Of a DNA stretch of 64,000 nt, positions 50,401 to 64,000 are shown in pieces; positions within the stretch are counted from its first letter, which is position 1, and the number at the start of each line of letters is the position of its first letter. Below the pieces are notes generated by a model, which was not told the DNA's origin, searched no databases, and saw only the letters and a program-made list of their open reading frames with translations. Location: contig NC_092670.1 in NCBI RefSeq assembly GCF_964355755.1, forward strand, positions 24,228,795-24,292,794, given 5' to 3'. Origin of the DNA: Antedon mediterranea. Its lineage: Eukaryota > Animalia > Echinodermata. Made by a program: the position numbers and the translations under genes.

Positions 50401-53400
50401 AATACTCACAGTTCTTTCAGAGATATCAAACCAGAAAAGGTATATGCTGGTAATGTACCAATTTGGTTGTAAGACAAATCTCTTTAAAGTAAACACAATA
50501 AACATGCGAAATTGTCTATGTTGAACTTTTTTCAATTAGCATTAAGGAAAATAAACGTAATCATATGAAAGATAAACACTTGAGATGTCAAACCAGAAAA
50601 ACATTTTTCTTGCAATGCACTAATTTTGTTCCAAGATAAATCCCTTCAATATAGATAAAATAGGTCTTCCCAGTAAACATAATAAATTGACTATTTTAAT
50701 ATTAGGGAAAAACACAATATTTTTATCATGTCACAGTACATTGAATGCAACAATCTAACGTTGGCGTCTATTTTCAATGTAAATAAGTCAAAACGACTGA
50801 TGGACAACAACATAACAAAGACAATAGAAAATTGGAGCAAGTTTAGTAATAAAAATACTTACAGTTCTTTCAAAGATGTCAAACCAGAAAACGCATAGCC
50901 TGGTAATGTACTAATTTGGTTGAAAGACAAATCTCTTTAAAATAAACACAATAAACATTCGAAATTGTCTATGCTGAAAATCTTTAAATTATCTTTAACA
51001 ACAATTAAACATAATCACATAAAAAATAATGCACTAATTTCGTTCTAAGACAAATCCCTTCAAAATAGATAAAATACTATTAAACACTTTTCAGCAATAA
51101 GTAAATGTAACAAAGATTTAACTTTAATGAAGAAAAAAATATTTTTAAAGATGTCAAACCAAAGAAATTGTCTCTTAACATGATTTTGCGATTTATCTTA
51201 ATATGCTAACTTAAGTACTTATTACTTTTTTCAGAAAAGGCAGGTTACGTTAGTTAGTAAATAATAATTATATTTATTGTTAGGCCTACAGTTCTAAGAG
51301 ATATCAAACCTGGATGGTAATTCATTAATTTGTATCCCAGAAAATTCCTTCAAATTAAACACAATATACGGTAGAAAAGGAAAGTGTGCCAAATCACCAA
51401 ATAACAAGTTTACTTTAGTAATAATGTACGTAATTAAGAATATAAATAAATACCTTACATTTTTTTTCAGAGATGTTAATCAAGAAAAAAACATATTTTT
51501 TTTTAACATGAGAAATTGTCTATGTTTAACATTGTTTAATTAGCAATAACAACATTTAAACGTAATCATATAAAAAATAAACACTTACAATTTTTCTAGA
51601 GATGTTAAACCAGAAAAAACATTGGCTTGCAATGCACTAATTGCGTTAAGAGACAAATCCCTTCAAATAGATAAAAACCCAGTAAACATACTAAATTGAC
51701 TTTTTTAGTATCAAGAAAAAATATCGGCTTGTGTACTAATTTTGTTGAAAGTCAAATCTCTTCAAAGTAAATAATAACTAAACATTTTGAAATTGTCTAA
51801 ATTGAACACTTTTCAAAACTAATTCAATTTCAAAAATATGTTATGTAAATAATAAATATACCTCTTATGTTTTTCATTTTTAGTCGCGTGGAAGCGACTC
51901 TATAGTTCACTATGTCGGTCGGTCGGTCTGTCTGTCGGTCTGTCTGTCGGTCTGTCTGTCTGTCGGTCCGGTATCACTATGCGTTTTATCGCTTTCTGAC
52001 CTTATCTTGATATCAGTTTAATCTAGCTAGGTCAATTTTTCACAGTATATTCCTTATGGCCAGGAATCAATGTGGTTATGTTTTCACGGTGCGCAATAAA
52101 AAATTACGTGGTCTACGCACGATTTAACGAAATCACGTTTGTAATCATATCTTCACAACCATGAATCACAATTAAATAAAATTTGGTACTCATAAATTTC
52201 AGGGAATAAATCATCATATGGCAATACAATTACGTGCGTAGCGCATGTAACGCATGCGTACGCGCGCTTAACATTTTCAAAATTTATTTTCGATGAAATA
52301 AGAGTACATTTCAGGCAATTTTAGGCGTTTACAAAATTGCCATGAGTGCGCATATTTTTGTGCGTGCACTGCACGTTAAATGTTATTGCGCACTCTTTTT
52401 GCCCGATTTCTGTTTTCTTGACTTACTTTTCAACTCGAAATTACGTTATACGAGCACGTCGAAAGTGACAGGCTACGCACGTGTAAATTAAAAAAAAATA
52501 AATGTTTTTAAACATTTCAACATTTTTAAACATGTTCAGTAATTTCGGTCAGTATGGTTCACTATGTCGGTCGGTCGGTCTCTCTGTCTGTCTGTCTGTC
52601 GGTCTGTCTGTCGGTCTGTCGGTCTGTCTGTCGGTCTGGTATCACTATGCATTGTAGCACGCGACTTAATGGCTGTTGGCCTTGTTTTTTTAAAGAATAA
52701 ATATAATGCTAATTTCATTATTCCTCAACATATCTAAACTACGGTGATATTATTTCTATTTCATTTGATAATTTATCTCTGTTTTGTATCCTTTATACAT
52801 TATACATTATTATATGATGTTTATGCTATAATCTAATTTTCAGTTTTAACCACTCTCACAGTATTATTATACTGTTTTTGTTTTTGTTTAAAGAAAAATC
52901 AACCGCATTCAAAACATTTTGTTAGGCCTATGTTTTTCCCCAACTTGTTTCGTCTTAGTCGTTGTCGTCATATTCTTTTAGAAATAATAATGATTAGTTC
53001 AATATATACCTACAATGATTTGATTGGACAATGCCGGTTGTAATTAGAAATGACTGTCCAGTTATATCTTATTGGATTGTTACAATAATATTCGCATGCC
53101 ACTGATGAGAACTGACAAGAGAAATTCATTGGGCAAACCGCTTCTATAAAAACATAAGAAATAAATAAATAAATACAAAACAATAACCGAAGCTAATTAA
53201 CAGACAATCTTCAAGTAACGTTGTGACACATTAAGATCGTGGGCTCCATTCTGTACGACTGAGGAGAATGATTCACTCTAAGCCTGTGCGGTCACCTTCA
53301 CCATACCTGAGTGTATTTTGGTAAGACTCTAGGCCTACGTTATTATTTTATGTAGTCATAATAAGTTTGTAATCCTGATTCCTTGCCGCTGTTCATTGTG

Positions 53401-53883
53401 ATATGGATGAGTTTCCTCGCTGACCCCTCCTCGTGTTATTTTACTATTAAAGATGTATTGTCCCCAAAACATTAAATATGAAGATTAATACAACTTTAAA
53501 TTTTTACCCCGAAAATAAATAAATTAATTCAAGCATATATTGATGTCAAGACAATCGCTGGGTTGACTTTTGTTTTTCTTTAAATTCCAGTTTTATCTAA
53601 ATCATTGTTTTGTTTGATCCAATTTTTGGAGATATGAATTGTTTAACAAACATGGGAAACCAGCAATACTGCAGAAGATCGATTATTTGAATTTTACTCA
53701 ATTTTATAAGTCTGATAATGATCAGATCAAGAGACGACAATAGCAAACATACATTACACATTAAAAATATTAGACATGTATAATGACAATAATAAAAGCA
53801 ATCATACCAGAAACATTGCAGCAGATAACAAGCGGTACAGTCAAGATTATGACGATTATGATTTTAAAGATGACAGCCATCAT
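44496..53883 (-). CDS. LRR-containing class A GPCR 2 (paralog of GPCR 1), about 605 aa. Exons: 53883-53808, 53143-53014, 72-bp LRR exons 51660-51589, 50934-50863, 50481-50410, 49530-49459, 49051-48980, 48771-48700, 48323-48252, 45927-45856, and 45531-44496
   Basis: Same architecture, splice phases and TM motifs as GPCR 1. Confidence 0.85.
46779..47706. mobile_element. PIF/Harbinger-type MITE in an intron of GPCR 2
   Basis: TIR CG...GTATTCTTAAACCGGA / TCCGGTTTAAGAATAC...CG; TSD TTA; empty site GTC-TTA-ATATG at ~29377. Confidence 0.85.
50200..50312 (-). mobile_element. Short Helentron-type HINE (DINE-1-like); truncated copy at ~30584-30675
   Basis: AACAAGG end, subterminal inverted repeat AGTCGCGTG / CACTCGACT, (CCGA)n microsatellite; related to 51881-52686 in the opposite orientation. 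Confidence 0.55.
51881..52686 (+). mobile_element. Helentron-associated non-autonomous element (HINE, DINE-1-like)
   Basis: Inserted in a T run (empty site ~33770-33779); subterminal IR AGTCGCGTG / CACGCGACT; duplicated core with (GTCK)n microsatellite; GGCCTTGTT end. Confidence 0.7.
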
Positions 53884-54728
53884 TCTTCTTTACTCAACTC
53901 AACTAAAAATAAACGTTTACTCCATGAACTTGTTCGTTATGTTATAAACGTATCGTGCTAACTACTCATATATAATTGAATAATTCTGTTGCGTTGATTT
54001 TAGTGCGTATTAAACATTTAGACAAATTACTTCACCAGATATTACTAGTATAAACGTCTTAAATAACCAATATCATAAAGTACAACATTAAAAGTGAAGT
54101 ATTCGTGTGGTCCTCTTAGCCTACTGTTGCAAAATATTTTTTAACAGTGACTAACCCAGAGTTTGAAGCGAAAGTTTGCTAGTTCAGGACTTAACCCCCG
54201 TCATTTTAATAATAAATATATATTGTGTTAATAATTTCAGTGCTATTATGCCTACAAAAATTGATTTCAATTGATGTGTCTTATAAAAATGGTGCTGTTC
54301 TTAATGTTAATTTGTTTATTGAATTTAGTATAATAAGACATTAGTAATACTACTCATATCAGGTGCGCCTCCTGTGTGTGCGCGGTCGCAATAATTATGT
54401 TGGCTCGTCGTGCATTATTCATCATTTCTGTCCTTAACCTGAACAAAAACAATGCAGCCTGGTGTCTAGTCATATGTTGTATGCTCTTACATTTATTTGT
54501 ATTTGTGAAAGTTATCTCCTTTTTAGTTATTACCGAGTAAATCCTGTAATGTTTTAATTGTTGCTATATTTTGTTATATTCTTAAATCTGGCTTTTGTAT
54601 AATTGTTTCTTTATCTTAATTCTCGTCAAAGTATACCTACACTATGAGAAAAGCACAGGTTGAATACGTGACTAGATTCTTCTTAACTTTGATTTAACAT
54701 GCGTCTTGGAGTATCTGCTTTGTTATTA

Positions 54729-56050
54729 TCTATATATAAATTTACGTAAGGGCAAAATTCGGTAAATCGCGCCTTACTTCTATAATTTTTACTCGATGGT
54801 ATATAAAGTTGGTTCGTACTTTCGGTACTGATTTTAACCACCTGATGTAACCCTGTTTACTAATTAAATTAAGTTAGATAATAAGTTATTGACGGTTAAA
54901 ACGAATTTAGGTTCCAAGATTTGCCCCAAATAGGGGTGTTTTCCGACCGTGGTATACACTGTATAATGGATGTCCGTCTTGAAAAATACCCGCCACAAAA
55001 ATGCGAGGAGGCTTCGCATTTTCCTATCTCCTCCTACGATAATTGTTTTTAATAGCTGAAAACCGGTTGAACAGCTAGAGTACACCATCATGATGTTGAA
55101 GACAGGCCGATTTTCTTTAAAAAATACTATTTTGATAGATTTAATATACGATTATACAAATCTATTGATTTGCGATGAATGGAACATCCCAATCTCTCAG
55201 TCTGCCAGAGTTTGGTTTAACACAAGTACTGTAGGTAAATTTATGAGCCCTTGGTTTAACACATACGGTAGGTAAATATATGGGCCCTTTGAGAATAAAC
55301 TTGCGAGATTGTGGATAGGCTCTACTGTTAGATATATAAACACATTATTATATACAAATAAACTTTATACTGACAGTTCTTTCTCAACGTTTGTATTAAT
55401 TAATAATTACCAAATATAAACGTCGTAGTGGTGTATCGTGACATGGTACTTTAATATTTCAATCGATTATGACAGTGACAGTTTTAACTAAACTAAATAA
55501 AGAATGTTCTCTAATATAATTAGGAATCTCTTGCCATACACGGGGAAAATTAGTGTACAATGAATATTTAAAAGAAATAAATAAATAAATAAAATAAAAA
55601 AAGTATTAAATCGGAAATGTTTTACTGTATTTAGAGGTATATTATTTATAGGCCTATAAAACATGAAAAAAATATTTCGTTACTGAGTGGATAAAGAATA
55701 TATTTAAAAATTGTTCCTCTTTGTACCTATCCGCTTTCCCATCCCTCAACCCTAATGTTACATACAAAACACAAATTGGGTTTCTTTAAATGAGTCCAAA
55801 TCAAAAACTTGGACTCATTTTGTGATAAGTTTCTCCTTCGGAAGTAATTCCCAGGGTGCTAATTTTAGTTGACTACATAAATCATCGTGTCTATTTATTT
55901 GTTTCTGTAAACGACAATGTATAGGCCTATAGTCCTGCGGTACGTACATTTGAAATCGCCAGTTTTGTTACGCTGAAATTACTGTGTATTCGAGAACCAT
56001 CTGTGGGAACGACCTAGATGGTACGCGAGCGAAGCGAGCGTACCATCTAT
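54729..56050 (+). mobile_element. Non-autonomous Helitron
   Basis: A|TC 5' end; 12-bp-stem hairpin TAGATGGTACGC...GCGTACCATCTA at 56015-56049; CTAT|T end; absent from the paralogous site at ~36010. Confidence 0.75.
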
Positions 56051-57899
56051 TATCATTGATAATATCATTATAATTGATAAGGTTCGTCGTCGTATTTGAT
56101 ATTAATTTAGTCATTAGTTAAATTTAACATCGCGTTCATGTTGTCTATACGCATTTAGATTTTACAAATAATAATTCCTTCCTATGAGTTGTTTTTCTCT
56201 CGTAATGTAGAATTAAGTCTACTGTATTGTGTATGTTATTACACATTCAAATATTATTGTTTAATATTGATTTGGAGTTTGCGGGGTTTTAACTTTATAA
56301 CTTTAACCATTGAGAAATCTTTAACTAAATCATAAACTGACTGTATTACAACATTAGTTTCCTTATGGCCTATTTATTACATTAAACCATTGCGCATCTA
56401 TCAAAATATACCGATTTAATTGTACAGAAAAAGAAATATAATATTGTCTCCCAGCCCTCCTAAAAAAATATTTTTAAATTGTTTGATTATTTATGCCGTT
56501 TTGATACGAAACACAATTGTTATTCATGTTTACCAAAATTGGATCGAAACACAAATATTTAGCTGAACACCCTGTAATTTAAAGTGTCTTATAGATTAAT
56601 GATTTTTTTTAATTTAATTTGGTTGTCTATTTAGGTGAAATCATAATTTAATAAACTTGATAAAAACTAAAAAGTGACCACCTTACTTTAAGTTTGATTT
56701 TATTAATCTTCATTTTCCATGTTTTAGGGCACATCTTTAAATTATTTTTAAAACAGCATTATGTTATACAGAATGAATGAATAAATATTCATAACGGTTG
56801 ATATGTAAGAAATTTCTTGGCATACCTTATAAATCTAATAACGACAGATCACAAGGGCTGAACTTGGGCGTTTTCCATTATGGATTGATGTATACAAGAA
56901 ATTGTTAGCTTTTTTGCTAAAGGTAATCGGAATGGCTCCAAATCGACTTCCTTATAAATGTTATGCGCTTTTGAAGCGATTTCAGGAAAACGAAGGTAAA
57001 CCAAATTGGGTATCAAATATCAAATCAATCTTCAAGCGATACCGGTATGGCTTCGGCTATGCATGGCTTAACCAGGGTGTTGGAAATAAACGTTTATTTC
57101 TTATGTAATTTAAAAAAAACGATGTATTCACAGGAGTGGCGGTCACAATCTGACTCACGCAGCAGACTTTTTTATCTCAATATTAAACAGTCAATTAAGT
57201 TAGAAAAAAAACATACAACAAGTAAAAGTATTTAGGCATAGAAGATACATTTTGTTGATAAGGACCTCATCACACAACTTAAATGTAAATATTAGAGTAA
57301 ATGATAATTTCTTAAATCTATGTCAGATTTAAATGCTTATGTTAATCTGTCAAAGTATTTATTTGTCTCGTTAAAAAGGAGAGAGTCAACCTTACAGTAA
57401 TATATTGTGAATCTATGCACCCGTGGCCTAAAGATAAAATAAAGGCAGGCACCATTGCCTGGAATTTAAAAAAAAAACCTAGGCCTAACATCTCAATAAA
57501 TGATATAGCATTTATCTTTGTTCTAAATTTACGAAACAATCCATTTTATTAATAAATTCCACTTTGTTCTTTTGCCCATTTATTACAAAATCCTGCTACA
57601 TAGTACAGATCTGAAACGCGAAATATATTCGTCTATTTCTTTTTCAGGCTTGGGAAAACCGCAATGGTATCGTTATTGGAATAAATAAAGGAACTCATAG
57701 GTATACCTAAAATTAGCTAACAAAGACGAGGATTAGGCACAGAAAACCACAAATACATAAATCATAACATACATTTATTCATCTCATAAACAAACAAACC
57801 AAGCAAAGAATAAAAAATATTTTTAATGATGAAAGGGACCTCCAACAAGAAACCCCAGCCAGAACAACACAAAAAGAAGCAGAAAGGTTAAATGAACCC

Positions 57900-59808
57900 A
57901 TTATAGGCCAACATACTGTACATTACATTATACATAATCATGGCATAATTATTACATTAGCTTAGTAAAAATTATTATAAATCAATAAAAGAAAGTTTAT
58001 ATTTCATCTTCAAAATAGCCAACGATGAAGCTGTCAATGCTGTTCCATATTTCAAGAGCAACACAGCATTAAGACTAGTACATTTAAATTTTCTTTTCTT
58101 TGAATTAAGTCTAGTTTTACCTCTATTATTATAATTGTGCTTGTTCGATTCTTTTCCAAAGATAGACACCAACCTAGTATTTAGATCATGAGTGACAGAG
58201 TACATTACAGTACCAATTTGATAAGAAATAAAGTCTTGCATTTTAAGAAGTCCATGTCTACGGAAGACGGACGATACACTGTCTCTGAACTTTGTGAAGG
58301 TGATAAAACGTAGTGTTTTCTTTGGAGACGCTGGAGTTCATACAAATACGTACGTGCAACCCCATACAACAATGCCATACTTGAATATTGGTTCTATAAG
58401 GGATTTATATATCGAAAGTAAGGCTTTAAGTGGTAGAAAGTGTTTTACTCTATAGTATGCCAATATACTTAGATACTTTTTTTGATACGACGTCAATGTG
58501 TTCTTTGAAATTAACATGATCGTCTAAATAAACCCTACGAAATTTAGCTTTATTTGCTCTTTTGTAATTCTGTAAATAAAACTTTAACTTGATCTATGTC
58601 AACTTTTCTTTTTATACTTCGAAATATCATAAAATTGGTTTTATTTTCATTTAATGACAGTTTGTTACATTAAAACCATTCATTAATGTTATCAATTTCG
58701 GTAGCGACCAGAGTATTTAAGTTTTTGTGAGATAAGAAAATATTAGTATCATCAAAAAATAAAATAAGGGATAACAGTTTAGAGCAACTAAAGATATCAT
58801 TGATGTAAAGTATAAATATGAGGGGTCCAAGTATAGACCCTTGGGGCACACCATATTCAATATTACGAATTGTAGATTTAACATTATCAAAGACTGTGTA
58901 TTGGCGTCTTCGGGAGACATAGCTCTTAAACCAATTTAAAGCTGTACCCCTGATACGGTACTAATCAAGTTTCTTTTTGTAAAATGATGTGATCAATCGT
59001 ATCGAATGCTTTGCTAATTTCCACAAATATACCGATACCATACTCTCCCTATATCAATGGCATCGAATACCTTATCGATACGTTTGAGAATAGCCATATA
59101 TGTGGAGCTTTGTTTTTGAAAGACCGAATTGAGAAAGGTGAATAATTTTAGTTTTCTGTAAATAGTTATATAGCCTATTGTATACAATACGCTCTAGAAT
59201 TTTAGATAGGGTGAGATGCACGGAGATAGGTCTGTAGTTTGAAAATAAATTTTCTCTCTTAATCACCGGCTTCATTTGTTGGAACAACCCTGGCTATCTT
59301 TGTCATATCAGGTACAATACCGTTTCTAGCGAAAGGTTAAAAATGTAACAACGGAATTGAAAGAGGGTAAATAATATGTTTAATGATCCTGCTATTTTTA
59401 TCATCCACACCTTCAGTGTTGGAGGTTTGCATGCTTCTAACAAGTTGTATATTTTTTCTGGGCTGGTAGAATAAAAAAAAGAAGGAGTTAGTAAAACTAC
59501 CTTTTAAGAATGTCTGATAGTTTATGTTGCTAGTCTGGATATTATTAGCCAGGGTTGCCCTAATATTTGTAAAATAATCAATGAAACCATCAGAAGTGAA
59601 TTTAGCGTCATCGGTGTCAGGGGTAACAGCTTTCTTCCTTTTTCCCCTGCTGAGAACCTCACCAAGAATATTCCAAGTCTGCTTAATGTTATTTTTAGCC
59701 GCACCGAGAGCACTGGAGTAATATTGGCGTTTACAAATTCTAATTAAATGAGTGAGTTTGTTTTTGTATTTAGTATATTTTTGTCTATTGTTATCACTTG
59801 GATTTTTG

Positions 59809-59810
<2 letters not shown>
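57900..59810 (-). mobile_element. Decayed LINE RT fragment (duplicate of 37870-39776)
   Basis: Near-identical to 37870-39776; [18 protein letters not shown] and NYRPISVHLTLSKILE. Confidence 0.8.
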
Positions 59811-62765
<2,955 letters not shown>

Positions 62766-64000
62766 TATATATATATATATTATGTACCCATTTACATACG
62801 ATTTTACAGGAAAAGGGGTACAAATCTACATTAGAAATCGTTAAAATCTTAATTTTTTTTCACGCTAGTTATAGTACTACACTTTGAAATTTTTGTTAAA
62901 ATGGAAACTCCACTATAATGTATAGGTAGTAGCTACATTTCTGGTATTTATGAGTCCCATGATAATACTGTATTTCGCTGTCAGATAATCATTGAATTAT
63001 TATCAAAACAGTCCATGAAAGTTTTTGTTTGTAATATGATACTTCACACTTAAGGCGTGATGAAGTGACCCCCAGACTTGACCTTAGCAATAAAATAAAA
63101 TAAATTGAGTCTGTTTCATATCAAAGTTATTCACTTCTGTAACAAAATTCACATTATAGAAAGAGAAAAGAAACGTTTAATTATAACTCAAAAACCACAT
63201 TGTCTGACAGATTTTTGCTTTTAATTACATTTTTTAAGGTAAAATAACTATTATATGACAATAAAATGACACATTCAAAAACAAATTTGAAATAAAAAAT
63301 ATTTTTCAGAGGGACAATATATCTTTAAAACTGTTAAGTCAATAAGCGAGCAGCGTTTTTTGTAAGAAATATTTCTTGTTTAAAGTTGAACAGAGTTCAA
63401 CTTCAACGTTACGATCGGTAAAACTGACTGACCAATCAAATAGTTCATAAATTACGTCATCATTGTTTGTGACAATTCTTATTTTTTACAACGCGACGAT
63501 GTTTTTTGTGCTCTTTTAAAGTCTGACATTTCAAAATAACATTTGTAAGTAAAACTAAGTTTTAATATAAAAACAATTTAATTTAATGTTGTCTTTAGTG
63601 TAAAGACTAGATTAAGATATCAGCGAAAACATGTCCTAGGCCGGCTGGGTTGAAGCATCAAAACCCCTAACTTTTTCAATTTTGACACGGGCCCGGCTGC
63701 GCGTGACCGGCCTTGGCTTTTCAAAACTTCACGTCCATGTGTCCCAGCAACGTCGAAAGAACCAAGAAACCAACGATCACGTAAAAATTCGCGACGGAAA
63801 AAAAGGCTTTAGGCGCAAAAAAACAGTTCCGTATATTAAATATGGTCTATAAAAAACCCACTATATTCAAATAATTATATGACAAGAATCTACTGGCCTC
63901 AGATGCTATCTCCGGGCGTGTTGGAAAAAAAAATTCCCGTGGGGCATGCCCCCGGACGCGATTTTTTTTTTCGTACGTAAGTTGGGGACCCCTTCATGAA

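Overview
AT-rich eukaryotic (invertebrate animal) genomic DNA with spliced genes; not prokaryotic. All host genes are on the minus strand. (1) Positions 1-19.7 kb hold a tandem cluster of four cGAS-like receptor (cGLR, Mab-21-fold nucleotidyltransferase) genes: one pseudogene and three with an intact catalytic motif, each with a perfect NF-kB site upstream. The apparent stop codon of each ORF overlaps a phase-2 splice donor. In copy 2 (and pseudogene copy 1) this donor splices in frame to a ubiquitin-like exon; in copy 2 it ends RLRGG-R, predicting a 415-aa cGLR-Ubl fusion with an intact di-Gly. In copies 3 and 4 the corresponding exon has decayed. (2) Positions 21.4-64 kb are a tandem segmental duplication of about 20 kb. 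Each copy carries an RXFP/GRL101-like LRR-GPCR with no LDLa module seen, whose ectodomain is built from a recently amplified array of 72-bp phase-2 LRR exons and pseudo-exons that vary mostly at concave-face positions. (3) There are many mobile elements: nested tRNA-SINE and hAT-like elements, a 5.8-kb foldback element with about 2-kb inverted arms, Harbinger-type MITEs, Helitrons and Helentron-type HINEs, decayed LINEs, and a Penelope-like element with a hammerhead ribozyme inserted in a (TA)n tract. Gene models were read by eye from splice signals and paralog comparison, with no expression evidence.
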